Shown in pieces: positions 13,205 to 26,914 of a stretch of DNA of 64,000 nt. The DNA is from an uncultured Planctomycetota bacterium (GTDB lineage Bacteria > Planctomycetota > Planctomycetia > Isosphaerales > Isosphaeraceae), in the NCBI GenBank assembly GCA_963737655.1, contig CAVTTN010000002.1, positions 2,240,001 through 2,304,000 of the forward strand, read 5' to 3'. The notes under the pieces were generated by a model that saw only the letters and a program-made list of their open reading frames with translations, did not search any database and was not told the DNA's origin. Made by a program: the position numbers and the translations under genes. Every line of letters begins with the position of its first letter. Positions within the stretch are counted from its first letter, which is position 1.

Positions 13205-13461
13205 TAAGGACGATCGACCTCGGCCCGGGATCCTCGGATCTCGGTGACCGCATCGGCCCGCCCCTCCTCCTGCGGTGAGGGCGAGGCCTACGCCGGCTCC
13301 CCCCGCGGGTCCACGCGGAACGGACAGAGAGATCTTGCGATCGGCCGCATTGCGACCCCGTCTGCCCCTCCGGGCGCGGGCCGCGGCATCCCTCCCCGAG
13401 CGGGGGCGTGCCCCGGCCCCTGGCCGGCGGCCAGGCGTGCCGAGGAGGAATCCTCGGCCCG

Positions 13462-13495
13462 GCTTTTTGACAATTTGGCGTCGGTGACGAGACGA
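13462..13495 (+). promoter_or_regulatory. Spacer boxA-like element and 5' arm of the 23S processing stalk
   Basis: GCTTTTTGACAATTT followed by GGCGTCGGTGACGAGACG, which pairs with CGCCTCGTCACCGACGCG at 16671-16688. Confidence 0.75.
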
Positions 13496-13722
13496 GACGA
13501 AGATTCGTCCGCCCCGGGATCGATCGGCCTCGGCCGAGGAATTCTGGGGCGGGACAGGGTCTAGGACAGGATAGGTTTCATCTCCTTGGATGCGACCCGC
13601 CCGGCCGCGAGGCCGCGCGGGGATCGTTACTCAGCGCCCCGTGGAGCGTCGCGAGACGCGCGGCGGGGCGGGGACATGCGACCATTCGTCGGCAGGCGCC
13701 GGAGACGGCGTCGGGTCGGCGT

Positions 13723-16523
<2,801 letters not shown>

Positions 16524-16731
16524 CCCCGACCCGCCGCCGCACGCCCCCCCAAAGGGCATGCGACGCGCCGGGCCGATCCGGTGGCCCAGGTCCCCGAGCA
16601 AAGATGGTAACGATCGCCGCATCCGGCGAGATGACGCCGTCCTGCCACGACCCATGCCGAATCGAATCGACGCCTCGTCACCGACGCGAGATTGCCGCGA
16701 CCCGCGGGGCCCGACCGCCCCCGGGCCGCGT

Positions 16732-16841
16732 TCCCGGCGACCAGACCGGCGGGGCCACACCCGTTCCCATCCCGAACACGGCCGTTAAGCCCGCCGGGCC
16801 CATGATAGTGCCCAAGGCGCGAAAGTCGGTGATCGCCGGGA
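16732..16841 (+). rRNA. rrf: 5S rRNA (short, ~110 nt)
   Basis: TCCCGGCGA...CACCCGTTCCCATCCCGAACACGG...TCGCCGGGA; short 5S rRNAs are characteristic of planctomycetes. Confidence 0.95.
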
Positions 16842-16850
16842 TCCCCCAAC

Positions 16851-16895
16851 ACGCCCGCCCCGGAGACGAGACCCGTCTCCGGGGCGGGCGTCTCT
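16851..16895 (+). terminator. rrn operon terminator hairpin
   Basis: Perfect 18-bp stem ACGCCCGCCCCGGAGACG/CGTCTCCGGGGCGGGCGT with a 5-nt loop; weak U-tract. Confidence 0.75.
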
Positions 16896-17198
16896 ACGCG
16901 CCTCGAGCGATGACGCCGGAGGATGGGTGATTGCGGAGGTTCTTCGCCTGAAGGCCGAGCGGGTCCGCCTCGCCGGAGATCACGCAGGGGTTGGGGATCG
17001 GGCGGACGTCGGTGACTGGGCGGATTGCTGTTGGACCGGCCGGGACCGGGGGAGGGCTGGGAATGCGTCCCGGCCCTACTCGTTCGGAGTGGCCCGGGGA
17101 CCGTGCAGGGCGGTCCCCGGCACCAACGTGTCCATCGGTCGCGACATTTTCCGGAGGTGCTTTACCATACGCCTACAGTCGCGGCTCGCTCTTGAACC

Positions 17199-18279
17199 TT
17201 ACTTGTCGCCGTCTTTTTGGGCGGCCTTCTTGTAGGTCTCGAGGCGGTCCTTCATGTCGGGGTCGGCGTTCTCGCCGGAGAGCTTGACGGCCCGTTCTTG
17301 GGCTTCGAGGGCCTTCTTGGCGTCGCCCGAGTCGTAGTATGCCTTGGCGAGAGTGTCGGCGATCGCGCCGTTCTTGCCTTCGGAGAGATCGTCAGCGCGC
17401 TTGGCAGCTTTCAGAGCGAGACTCAACGAGCTTGGGGTCGCGCTTGCCAGCGGCGGGATCGACGATCAGCCAGGCGACGTTGTTCAGGGCGTCGGCGTTG
17501 TCCTTGAAGGTGTCCTCGACGAGCTTCTTGCCAGTCTCGACGATCTTGTCGATGTCGGTACCCTTGCGGACCAGGAGCATGTACTTCTGGAGTCCGAGCA
17601 TGGGAGCGAGGCTTGGCTCGTCGGCCATGATCTCGTCCATGGCCTTGAGCAGGGCGTCGGGGCCTCGCTGCTGGGCGGCGATCAGCCTCTGCTGGAGGAG
17701 CATCATCTTCTGCTCGCGGGCCTTCTCTTCCTTGGCCTCGGCGATGGCCGCCTTGATGTCGAACGAGCCGTCGGCGACCTTGGCCAGGACCTTATCCATG
17801 TTCATCGGGTGGCCGATCCAGACGATCTTGCCCTCGCCGTTGACGATGAACGCGGCGGGGATGCCATTCTGCTCGGCGGCGGCCATCCAGTTCTTGGACA
17901 TCTTGCCCTCACCGCCGCCGGAAACGTCGTCCAGCGCGACGGCGTAATCCATCTTGTCGCCCATCTCCTTGACGAACGGCTTGACGGCGTCCTGGTCCTG
18001 CTCGGAGACGCTCACGCCGATGAACTTGATGTCCTTGTACTTCTTCTGGAGCTCGGTGAGGTGGGGGATCGAGGTCTTGCACGGGCCGCACCAGGTGGCC
18101 CAGAATTCCACGACGTAGACCTTCCCCTTCTCGAACGCCTTGACGGGTTCGCCCTTGACGAATTCCTTGACCTCGATCTTTGGGGCGGGGTCGCCGATTT
18201 TCAATTCCTGGGCCCGGGCCAGGGCGGGCGAAGCGGCGATCAGGACGATGGCCAGACGGGATGCGAGGGTCTTCGTCAC
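17199..18279 (-). CDS. Exported TlpA/redoxin-family thiol-disulfide oxidoreductase with a TPR-like C-terminus; frameshift at ~17421
   Basis: Signal peptide, VVEFWATWCGPC, GIPAAFIV. ALNNVAWLIVD continues into LALKAAKRA...ADTLAKAYY (17199..17426 frame) if one base is removed. Confidence 0.88.
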
Positions 18280-18490
18280 GGAAGCGGCCTCCTAGGGTGA
18301 GTTGAAGGTGATTCGAGAGCCTGTGGGGGATTGTACGGCGGCGGCTGTGGCGGCCACAAGCGGTGGGATCGTGGGACCGAATCCGGAGCATGTTTGGTGC
18401 AATTCATGCACCCCCCGGGGGATTGCTTCGGCGAATGGGTTGTGGCACCCTGGCGGCCCTGGCATGGGTTCGGGCGAGGAGAGGGTGTCG

Positions 18491-19939
18491 ATGGCCGTCC
18501 CGTTGAGCGCTGTGGAGGCGAGCGTGGTCCCGAGACGGGCGGCGTGGGGGCTTTGCTGGCTCCTGTTCGCCTCGACGGCTCTGTGTTACATGGATCGCCA
18601 GGCCGTGGCCCTGGTCAGCGTCGATATCAAGGCGGAATTCCGGCTGGATGATCGAGGCTATGGCTGGGTCGTGGCCGCGTTCGGGATGGCCTACGCGTTG
18701 TTCCAGGTTCCCGCGGGGTTCCTGGCCGACTCTCGGGACGTCCGCGGGACCTATGCCCTGGCCGTGGCGGGGTGGTCGATGGCCGGGATCGCCGCGGCGT
18801 TCTCGCCGAGCCTGGGCGTCTTGCTCGGCCTCCGGGCGATGCTGGGCGTGGGGGAAGGGTTCAACTGGCCTTGCGCCTTGAGGGTGACCGGCCGCATTTT
18901 GCCTCCGGCCGACCGGGGACTGGGCAACGGGATTTTCAACTCGGGGGCGGCCGTTGGGGCGGTCCTCACGCCGTTGATCGTTCCGGTTTTGGCGGCTCGC
19001 TGGGGCTGGCGAGCAGCATTCGTCGTCGTCGGGTCGTCCGGGTTCGTGTGGACTCTGGTTTGGCTGGCGATCACCCGGAGGATGGCCCGGGAGACGTTCG
19101 CGCCGGAGGTGCCGTCGGGCGGCTCGTCGCCGATGCCTCGCCGGTCCGCGATCTCGGCGCTTGTTCTGGTCGCGATCGCCTCGGCGACGGCCTTGACCGG
19201 GCTGAAAGTGGGTCTTCCGGCATTGTGGTGGGCGGTGGCAATGCTGGTGATCGGGCCCCTCGTGATCGCCCGGGGGCTTCCCGAGTCGCCGAAGGGGCCG
19301 GGCTGGCTTGCCTCTCTCGGACGGATCGTCCGGCTTCGGCGGTTCTGGACCCTGGCCGTGGTCTCGATCTCGATCAATGTCTGCTGGCATTTCCTGGCGA
19401 ACTGGATCGGCAACTTTTTTCAGGAAGAGAGGAGCCTGGGCCTCCTCCGGGGAGGGGCTGTCAGCGCCTTGCCGTTCCTGGCGGCCGACGCGGGGAACCT
19501 CCTGGGCGGCGGCCTCTCGCGGAGGCTGACGAACGGGAGCCGAAGCCCGATGGCGGCGCGGTTCCTAGTGATGGGCGGGGGGGCGGCGCTGATCGCCTCG
19601 GGGTCGGGCGTCGGTTTGTTGCATCGGGACGCGGCGATCGTGGCGTTGTTGATGGTCATGGCCCTGGGGGCGGCGTCGTTCATGGCGAATTACTTCGCGC
19701 TTTGCCAGGAAGTGGACGCGGCGAGGACGGGGCTGGTCGTCGGATATCTCGGGTCTCTGGGCAACCTGTTCGCGGCTGGGTTCCAGCCGATCGCCGGGCA
19801 TCTCAAAGACGTGACCGGCGGTCTCGGAGTGAGCTTCGCGATTGTGGGCCTGCTGCCGATTATTGGCATGGTCGCGCTGGCGGCGGGGTGGGGTCGGGAT
19901 CGACCCGAAGGCCGCGGGCTCGCGAGCGATCTGGGGTAG
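18491..19939 (+). CDS. MFS transporter (ExuT/hexuronate-like)
   Basis: LCYMDRQ, GFLAD, RAMLGVGEGFNWP, GIFNSGAAVGA; many TM helices. Confidence 0.88.
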   Translation: MAVPLSAVEASVVPRRAAWGLCWLLFASTALCYMDRQAVALVSVDIKAEFRLDDRGYGWVVAAFGMAYALFQVPAGFLADSRDVRGTYALAVAGWSMAGIAAAFSPSLGVLLGLRAMLGVGEGFNWPCALRVTGRILPPADRGLGNGIFNSGAAVGAVLTPLIVPVLAARWGWRAAFVVVGSSGFVWTLVWLAITRRMARETFAPEVPSGGSSPMPRRSAISALVLVAIASATALTGLKVGLPALWWAVAMLVIGPLVIARGLPESPKGPGWLASLGRIVRLRRFWTLAVVSISINVCWHFLANWIGNFFQEERSLGLLRGGAVSALPFLAADAGNLLGGGLSRRLTNGSRSPMAARFLVMGGGAALIASGSGVGLLHRDAAIVALLMVMALGAASFMANYFALCQEVDAARTGLVVGYLGSLGNLFAAGFQPIAGHLKDVTGGLGVSFAIVGLLPIIGMVALAAGWGRDRPEGRGLASDLG

Positions 19940-20064
19940 ACGAGACGGGGCGACCCTGGCATAATCCGCGCCTCATCTCGTCTCGGGGGCGTTCGCCCGT
20001 CCGTCCGCAACCGGAATCCCCGTCCGACCCGATCGCGGGGCGCCTGGCCCGCAAGGAAAACGCG

Positions 20065-20322
20065 ATGAACGGTCGTCGCCCGCTGATGGCCGCCGTCTTG
20101 TTGAGCTCGTCGATCCTGACGTTCGCCGGATGCGAGTGCCTGGGGGGGCGGTGCGGCCTCCGAGGGCAGAAGGAGCCGCCCGTGATGGCGGATTCCGGCC
20201 CCGTCGAAGGCAAGATCGAAGGGACCCAGGCCGTCGAGAAGCCCCAGAGGGCCGCCTGGAGTTCCGACGCCGCCGAGGTCGAGAAGGGCCTCATGAACCG
20301 GGAGGTCAAACCGACCTGGTAG
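20065..20322 (+). CDS. Small putative lipoprotein (85 aa)
   Basis: AAGGA RBS; MNGRRPLMAAVLLSSSILTFAGC lipobox; GC3-biased codons. Confidence 0.65.
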   Translation: MNGRRPLMAAVLLSSSILTFAGCECLGGRCGLRGQKEPPVMADSGPVEGKIEGTQAVEKPQRAAWSSDAAEVEKGLMNREVKPTW

Positions 20323-20410
20323 CCGGGCTTTCGGCAAGGGGCCCTTCGGATCTGGGGACGGGCATCGGGCGACCCCGTCGGAGCGAGTCCCCAAGTCCGA
20401 ACGCCCGGTC

Positions 20411-21397
20411 TCACCCCCGGCCGTCTTTTTCGAGGCGGATCGGCGGCAGGCCGACGATGTCGTACGTCGCCGAGGCGATGCCGATCCCGGCGCCGTCCAG
20501 GCTTCGGAGGATCTCGCGACTCATGGCGTCCTTCAACTCGCGGATACCCCGGTCCTCGGCGATGAACCGAACGGTCAGCTCCAGCCAGTTGTCCGTGAGG
20601 CGATAGTAGACCCTGGGCCTCATCTCGGCGGTCTTGAGGAAGTAGCGCCTTTGCATCTCATGGAGTGATTCCTCGCTGAGTTCCTCGATGCGGACGGTGT
20701 GGTGCTCGGCCGCCCCCTGGAGGATCGCCTCGGCCTTCTGACGGTCGGCCGAATAGGGGATCGGCAGGACGAGCTCTTCCCAGATGTAGGGGAAATCCCT
20801 CGTGTAATTGTACACGGGTTCATCAAAAATCTTGGAATTGGAGACGGTGACGATCCGGCCGGAGTATTGCCGGCCCTGGACCCACATGGCCGGGTCGGCC
20901 TTCTGGACCGCCGGCGGCTGGCCCATCTCCATGATGGTCGTCTGGAGGAAGCCCAGGGCGATCACGTCGCCGCGGACCCCTCCCATCGTGATCCGGTCGC
21001 CGACGTTGAACGTCTGCCCCCGGAGGATCACGAAGTAACCGGCGATCGCCGTGACGACCCGTTGCAAGGCGAACGCCAGGCCGGCCGAGACCAGCCCCAG
21101 AGCGGTGGTCAGTCGCGTCGGGTCGTCGAACCAGATCGAGACCATCCCCAGGAACATCACCACGGCCAGGGCGAGCCGGACTCCCTGACGGGTCCAGAAC
21201 TGGATGCGGACGTCCTCGCGGCCCCTCAGCAACAGCCGGACCATCGCCTGGACGGCCAGGTTCAGGAGCAGGACCAGGCCGATGAAGCCGAGGGTCAACA
21301 GGAGCTTCAGCCCGTTGTCGGCCGTCACGCCGACGAGCTTCACGCCGAAGACCTCGACGGCCCGGTTCGGCCCGACGAGCCGGAACATATGACCCAT
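20411..21397 (-). CDS. MscS-family mechanosensitive channel
   Basis: GLAFALQ, FNVGDRITMGGVRGDV, IVTVSNSKIF...VYNYT; start overlaps the upstream stop (TGATG). Confidence 0.92.
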   Translation of the reverse strand: MGHMFRLVGPNRAVEVFGVKLVGVTADNGLKLLLTLGFIGLVLLLNLAVQAMVRLLLRGREDVRIQFWTRQGVRLALAVVMFLGMVSIWFDDPTRLTTALGLVSAGLAFALQRVVTAIAGYFVILRGQTFNVGDRITMGGVRGDVIALGFLQTTIMEMGQPPAVQKADPAMWVQGRQYSGRIVTVSNSKIFDEPVYNYTRDFPYIWEELVLPIPYSADRQKAEAILQGAAEHHTVRIEELSEESLHEMQRRYFLKTAEMRPRVYYRLTDNWLELTVRFIAEDRGIRELKDAMSREILRSLDGAGIGIASATYDIVGLPPIRLEKDGRG

Positions 21398-22653
21398 CAG
21401 CGGAGACCCTCCTCGACGATCGCGGGATCGGCGGACTCACTGGCGTCCAGGCCCGAACCGTGGGCCGGGCCGGAGTCTCGCCTCCTCCGGGCGAGCCACT
21501 GCGCCACGACCACGTCGGTCGAAGAATGCGCCAGGATCGACCCGGCGATGCACAGCGCGACCAGGTGGAACAGTCGGTCCGCCTCGGACCAGGCGATCTT
21601 CTCTGCCTTCGCATCGTTCAGGATCAACAGGCCGAAGACCACCGAGGCGAACCCCTTGGGTCCGAACCATGCGGCCGTGGCGCGTTCCCGCCAGTCCAGA
21701 GGGCTCCTCACCAGGGAGATCCACAGCGCCACCGGACGCACCGCCGCCAGCACGAGCAATGCGAAGACGTACCCCGAGAGCGGGATTTCGCCGAGGAATC
21801 TCGGCGAGATCAACGCGCCGAAGACGAGCAAGGCGGCGAGCTTCAGGAGCTCGGCCACGAGCTCGCCGAACCGGTGGAATGACTCCCGGACCTCGGGCCC
21901 GACCGTTGCCACCGTGATTCCTCCGGCGAACCCGGCGAGGAATTCATTGCCGTGGGCGATCTTCGAGGTCGCCAGCACGAGAAGCCCGATCGAAAACGCA
22001 TTCAATGGTTGATATGTTGCGTGGGCCGAGAAGAACCGGCTCTGGCCCAGGCGGATCGCCGCCCAGGGGATGGTCACGCCGATCCCGATGCCCAACGCGA
22101 TCTCGCCCAGGATCGTCCCGAGCGAGAACCGGCCCGATCCGACCACCGCGAGCATCGCCAGGACGATCGGGAGCGCCAGCCCGTCATTGAGGCCGCTCTC
22201 GACGTTCAGCAGGTGGCGGAGCCTCGATGGGACTTCCTTCCGGCCGACGATGGCCGAGGCGAAGACCGGGTCGGTCGGGCTCAGCACAGCCCCGATCAGG
22301 AACGACTCGGCCCACGGCAGGCCGACGACCCACCGGGCCAGCAACGCCGTGCCGAGCAGCGTGAGCGGTAGCCCGAACAACAAGGCGCGGCCCGGCAGAT
22401 TCCAGGCGGAGGTCAGGTCCTTCAACCCGACCTTCATCCCATCGGTGAAGAGCACGCTGAACAGGGCAAGCTCGGCCAGTCCCGCGACCATCGGGTCATC
22501 GGGCCTCGGCGAGACCACGCCGAGCCAGCATTCGCCCGAGAGGACGCCGGCCCCCAGGAACAGGACGGCCGTGGAGAGGACCGTCCGATCGGCGAGGTCC
22601 GAGATCAGGACGGCGGCCTGGAGGGTCAGAGCGAAGACGAGGACGGCCGTCAT
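21397..22653 (-). CDS. Cation:proton antiporter (CPA1/NhaP family)
   Basis: LSPTDPV, LNVESGLNDG, WFGPKG motifs. Confidence 0.92.
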   Translation of the reverse strand: MTAVLVFALTLQAAVLISDLADRTVLSTAVLFLGAGVLSGECWLGVVSPRPDDPMVAGLAELALFSVLFTDGMKVGLKDLTSAWNLPGRALLFGLPLTLLGTALLARWVVGLPWAESFLIGAVLSPTDPVFASAIVGRKEVPSRLRHLLNVESGLNDGLALPIVLAMLAVVGSGRFSLGTILGEIALGIGIGVTIPWAAIRLGQSRFFSAHATYQPLNAFSIGLLVLATSKIAHGNEFLAGFAGGITVATVGPEVRESFHRFGELVAELLKLAALLVFGALISPRFLGEIPLSGYVFALLVLAAVRPVALWISLVRSPLDWRERATAAWFGPKGFASVVFGLLILNDAKAEKIAWSEADRLFHLVALCIAGSILAHSSTDVVVAQWLARRRRDSGPAHGSGLDASESADPAIVEEGLR

Positions 22654-24010
22654 CCGTGAGCCTCCCTCGGCCCGGGGGCGTCGGCCTCGCCGTCGAGCCG
22701 GTGGATGGCCTCGCTCAAGCGGCCCTCGGCATCCAGGCGGTCCAGGGGGGCGTCCAGAGCGTCCCGGCCGCCTCGTTCGATCGCCTCGACCTGGCGGCGG
22801 AGGGCCTCGCGAAAATTCGGGTCGCTGGTGTGCGCGCCACGGCGGCGATCGTCTCCAAGAGGCGGAGGGTGACCGCCACGTCTCCCCGGGCGGCCTGGCG
22901 GACCTGATGGAACGCCGCGCCGACGATCCCGGGGATCGTCGAGGCCTCGACGACGATACGGAGCCGCCCTTCCTCGTCGAATCGATAGGGAGACGGCACG
23001 GCTCTCTGGGCCAGGGCGCACAGGGATGCCCCGAGCCGGTCCACGCACGCGATCGCCGTGAACGGGTCGTTCACCCCGGGCGAGAGCGCCCGGACGGCCA
23101 CTTCCACGAGCTGATCGATGGCGAATTCCACGTCCTGGGCCAGAGACCTCCTCGGGCCGAAGTAGAACGCGCCCCGGACCGCATGCACCATCTCGTCATC
23201 GACGTGTTCGCCCGGCCAGGCGCGGGCGAGCTCGTCGCCCCGGAAGAAGAACTTCCCGGGCCTCCGGCTGACCCGGAGGACCAGGTCATGTTCCTTCGCC
23301 AGGGCGAGCAGGCGGTCGAGGTCGATGGCCTGGAGGTAGTCGCTGACCGGGGCTGAGATCGGCGCCGAGTCGTCCTCGAACCGCACCGGGAGCCTCGGCT
23401 CGACCGGCTTCTCGACCGGAGGCCCCTGGCCAAGGCATTCCGGGTAGAGCCGATCAATCGCCCGGTGCAAATCCCGGCTGACCGACGCGATCACGTTTTC
23501 GGCCTGGATCGACTCGGCCGCATGATGGAAGAAAAAAATCAGCACGCCAAGACTGACCATCGCCAGCAAGAGCCCCACCGTCACCGAGATATGAGGGACG
23601 AATTGCTCCCCCTCCGTCCCGTTGACCGTCCTCAGGACGAGCAGGCAATAGGTGAAGGTGGAGATGAACGTGCCGATGGCGATCTGGTTGACGCTGTCCC
23701 TCATGAAGTTGCGGAGGAGTCTCGGGCCGAACTGCGACGAGGCGAGTTGCAATGCCACGACCGTGATCGAGAACGTCACGCTGGCGATCGTCATCATCGA
23801 GCCGGCGACCGTGGAGAGCAGCGCCCGCGACCCCTCCGGCCCCCGGGTGAAGGTCCATCCCAGGGTGGCGACCCAGTTGATCTCAGGCGTGGCCCTGTCC
23901 AGGTGAATCATCGCCAGGGACAGCACCGCAGCCGAGGCGACCATCAGCGACGGGAGGAACCAAAAGCTCGTCCTCAGGGCGTCCCACTTGCTCTCTAGCC
24001 ACAATCGCAT
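22650..24010 (-). CDS. DUF2254-family membrane protein; frameshift near 22835
   Basis: SFWFLP, LQLASSQFGPRLLRNF, RALSPGVNDPFTA. The C-terminus in the 22650 frame ends in an ATGA overlap with the antiporter start. Confidence 0.85.
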
Positions 24011-24222
24011 CGCGAAGAGTCCCCTCCCGGGGGGTTTGAAGGCCCGTCCCGTCATTTCGAAGGGATGACGCAACGGCCCAGCGTCGCGGCGACTCGGCAG
24101 CCCCGACTCGTCTGGGCCAGCAGCTTTCGCGCCGCAGGACCCTGGCGATGCCTCGCCAGCCCGGGTATTTATCGGAGAGTAATCCGAGACGCATCTCCCT
24201 TCGAGCCCACGGCCTCCGAACG

Positions 24223-24648
24223 ATGAACGGGTCCGACACTCCTCCTCCCCGGCCGACCCAGCTCCGCGCCTGGATGTCCCGCTTGCTCGGAGATCGCGGC
24301 GAGCGAGAGGCGGCTCGCTACCTCCGGCGCAAGGGGATGCGAATCCTCGCCCGGGGGGTCCGCTCGCCGGTCGGCGAGATTGACCTGGTGGCCCGGGACC
24401 GCGACACGCTCGTCTTCGTCGAGGTCAAGACCCGGCGTCGAGGCGTCCCGGCCGAGGCCGTGACCCCGGAGAAGCAGCGGCGCATCTCCCTGACCGCCCT
24501 CCACTTCCTCCGCAAACATTTCGCGATGGAGGTCCGGGCCCGATTCGACATCGTCGCCATCGTCTGGCCCGACGACCGCTCCTCTCCGACCGTCGAGCAT
24601 GAAGAAAATGCCTTCGAGGCCGTCGGTCGCTACCAGATGTTCCGATAA
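24223..24648 (+). CDS. yraN: YraN/UPF0102 putative endonuclease
   Basis: LGDRGEREAARYL, GEIDLVA, LVFVEVKTR, RFDIVAI; start uncertain. Confidence 0.92.
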   Translation: MNGSDTPPPRPTQLRAWMSRLLGDRGEREAARYLRRKGMRILARGVRSPVGEIDLVARDRDTLVFVEVKTRRRGVPAEAVTPEKQRRISLTALHFLRKHFAMEVRARFDIVAIVWPDDRSSPTVEHEENAFEAVGRYQMFR

Positions 24649-24928
24649 CGGCCCCGACCAACGGAAGAGCTCTGCCGATCCGGGACGTCCCGTGCGCATC
24701 GAGCTGCAAGCCTGGCCGTTTGAATTCTGACAATGCGTAAGCTGGGAAGACCGGGCGGCGGATCGACGACGATCTCGGCTCCTCGGGACGGGTGAAGCCG
24801 GATCCGGCATCGACATTGCAGTGATCGGGGCCGACTTCACCGGCGGTCGAGGCGATGCGGATTGTCTCGCCGCCGGTCATGGATCGGCCCGGATCGGGAG
24901 TCGATCGCAAGCAATGGAGGAAATGATC

Positions 24929-25843
24929 ATGAGAAATTGGAATCGAACTTCCCTGGCGGCCGGAATCGTCCTGGCGACCGCCGGGCTGGCGACGGCCCAG
25001 GTGGCGGTTCAGCCGGCGACGGCCCCCGTGGCCGCCCGGCCCGCCGTCGAGCTCAGGCCGGGCGACCTGCCCGGACCGATTGACAACCTCCAGGATTTGC
25101 AAGACACCGGCAAGATGCTCTTCAAGCTCGCCGACACGAACAACGACGGCCTGGTCTCGCAGAAAGAGGCCGTCGATGCGGGCAACCTGCTCGTCGGCGG
25201 CTTCTTCTTCCGAGCCGACCAGAACGGCGACGGCACCCTCAGCCCCGAGGAGGCGAAGCAGGCCCGAGAGGCCCTCTTCGCCCAGCAACCGCTGCTCCGT
25301 TACGTGCTGAACAAGGGCAAGGCCGCCGCGACCGCCTCGGGCGCCAACGCCAACGCGACCAACCCCGGCCAGGCCATCATGAGCCTGCTCGATACCAACA
25401 ACGACAAGCAGATTCAGGCGACCGAGCTCCGCCAGGCCGTCCAGACGACCGTCCAGGGCGTGTTCGCCACGGCCGACACCAACCGAGACGGCCAGCTCAG
25501 CCCCACCGAGATCAACGCCGCCATGGTCGGCATGGCGCGGACCGCCGCCCAGGCCGCCTTCCAGCAGGCCGACGCCGACCACAACGGCCAGCTCAGCCGC
25601 GAGGAGTTCGACAAGGCGATCATCGAGCCGGCCAACATGGTCTTCGCCGTCCTCGACGCCAACGGAGACGGCCAGATCACCGAACAGGAAGCCCAGCAAG
25701 CGCGCCAGATCGTCGCCTCGCAACTCCGCAACCTGATGATGCCCGACGCCCCTAACTCCGCCCGCAACCTGCTCCGCACCGGGGCCACCCCCGACCAGGT
25801 CGCCCCGATCCCCGCCGTCCCCATCCCGGCCCCTCGCCGGTAA
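24929..25843 (+). CDS. Secreted protein with six EF-hand loops
   Basis: GGAGG RBS and signal peptide; loops DTNNDGLVSQKE, DQNGDGTLSPEE, DTNNDKQIQATE, DTNRDGQLSPTE, DADHNGQLSREE, DANGDGQITEQE. Confidence 0.88.
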   Translation: MRNWNRTSLAAGIVLATAGLATAQVAVQPATAPVAARPAVELRPGDLPGPIDNLQDLQDTGKMLFKLADTNNDGLVSQKEAVDAGNLLVGGFFFRADQNGDGTLSPEEAKQAREALFAQQPLLRYVLNKGKAAATASGANANATNPGQAIMSLLDTNNDKQIQATELRQAVQTTVQGVFATADTNRDGQLSPTEINAAMVGMARTAAQAAFQQADADHNGQLSREEFDKAIIEPANMVFAVLDANGDGQITEQEAQQARQIVASQLRNLMMPDAPNSARNLLRTGATPDQVAPIPAVPIPAPRR

Positions 25844-25849
25844 GCGGTT

Positions 25850-25902
25850 GAGGGAATGGGACCGCCAGGGCGCCAGGTTCGCCCTGGCGGTCCCATTCCC
25901 TC
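25850..25902. terminator. Perfect 23-bp hairpin between convergent genes (probable bidirectional terminator)
   Basis: GAGGGAATGGGACCGCCAGGGCG-ccaggtt-CGCCCTGGCGGTCCCATTCCCTC. Confidence 0.7.
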
Positions 25903-25912
25903 GGTCGATCCC

Positions 25913-26914
25913 TCAAATCGCCGCCAGGATCGCATCCAGGACGCGCATCTGGGCCAGGCCATCCTCGGCCGGCTCGACGAGCTTGCCGTCGGCGACACTC
26001 CGGGCAAAGGCATCCACCATCGCCGCGTACTGGTTCCGGCCGTCGAAAATGATCGTCTCGGGCCCTTTCGGCTCGGCGCCCTGGGAGAGGCTCTCGGGGG
26101 CCGCGTTGATGTCTCGCGAAAGGATCGCCGCGGGCCGGTCGGGAGGCAGGTACGCATCGGGGACAACGATCGATCCCTTGGTGCCGACCAGCTCATACAC
26201 GCATCGGAACGGCTGTTCAAAGCTGCAATCAATCGATGCGACCACGTCCCCCGGGAACCGGAAAGCGATCGCCATCGAGAGGTCCACGCCCGAAGGCCCG
26301 ACGTGCGCCGTCGCGCGGACCCGATCCGGCTCGGACCCCGCGAACAGCCTCGCCGTATTCACGCCGTAGCAGCCCACGTCCCAGAGGGCGCCGCCCCCCC
26401 GGCTCCGATCGAGCCGCCAGTCGTTCATGTCAATCGGGAACGAGAATGACGACCGGACGAGCCGGAGGTCGCCGATCGTCCCCTCCTGGACCATCTTGAG
26501 GACGTCCAGGGTCCGGGGCTGGTGTCGCCACATGAACGCCTCCATCAGGAGGACGCCGCGGGACCGGCAATGCTCGACCATCGCCAGGGCATCGGCGGAA
26601 TGAAGGGCCAGCGGCTTCTCGCACAGGACGTGCTTGCCGGCGTCCGCCGCGCGGAAGACCCACTCCCGGTGCATCTCGTTCGGCAGGGGGATGTACACGG
26701 CCTGGACGTCGGGATCGGCGACCACGGCCTCATAGGAACCATGAGCGTTCGGCACGTCGAACTCTCTGGCCCACTCGCGGGCCGTCTCCGCGTTCCGGCT
26801 CCCCAGGGCGACCAGCCGGCTCCCCGACGAACCGGCGATCCCCGGAACCAACCCCCGGCGGGTGATCCGGGCACAGCCCAGGATGCCCCAATTCAGCGTG
26901 GCGGACTTGCTCAT
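25913..26914 (-). CDS. Gfo/Idh/MocA oxidoreductase
   Basis: WGILGCARI, GKHVLCEKP, EAFMWRHQP, GGALWDVGCY. Confidence 0.93.
   Translation of the reverse strand: MSKSATLNWGILGCARITRRGLVPGIAGSSGSRLVALGSRNAETAREWAREFDVPNAHGSYEAVVADPDVQAVYIPLPNEMHREWVFRAADAGKHVLCEKPLALHSADALAMVEHCRSRGVLLMEAFMWRHQPRTLDVLKMVQEGTIGDLRLVRSSFSFPIDMNDWRLDRSRGGGALWDVGCYGVNTARLFAGSEPDRVRATAHVGPSGVDLSMAIAFRFPGDVVASIDCSFEQPFRCVYELVGTKGSIVVPDAYLPPDRPAAILSRDINAAPESLSQGAEPKGPETIIFDGRNQYAAMVDAFARSVADGKLVEPAEDGLAQMRVLDAILAAI

Noticed and set aside
13205..13722. Possible tRNA-Ile/tRNA-Ala in the rRNA spacer
   Set aside because: No T-loop or cloverleaf found by eye; only GC-rich hairpins.
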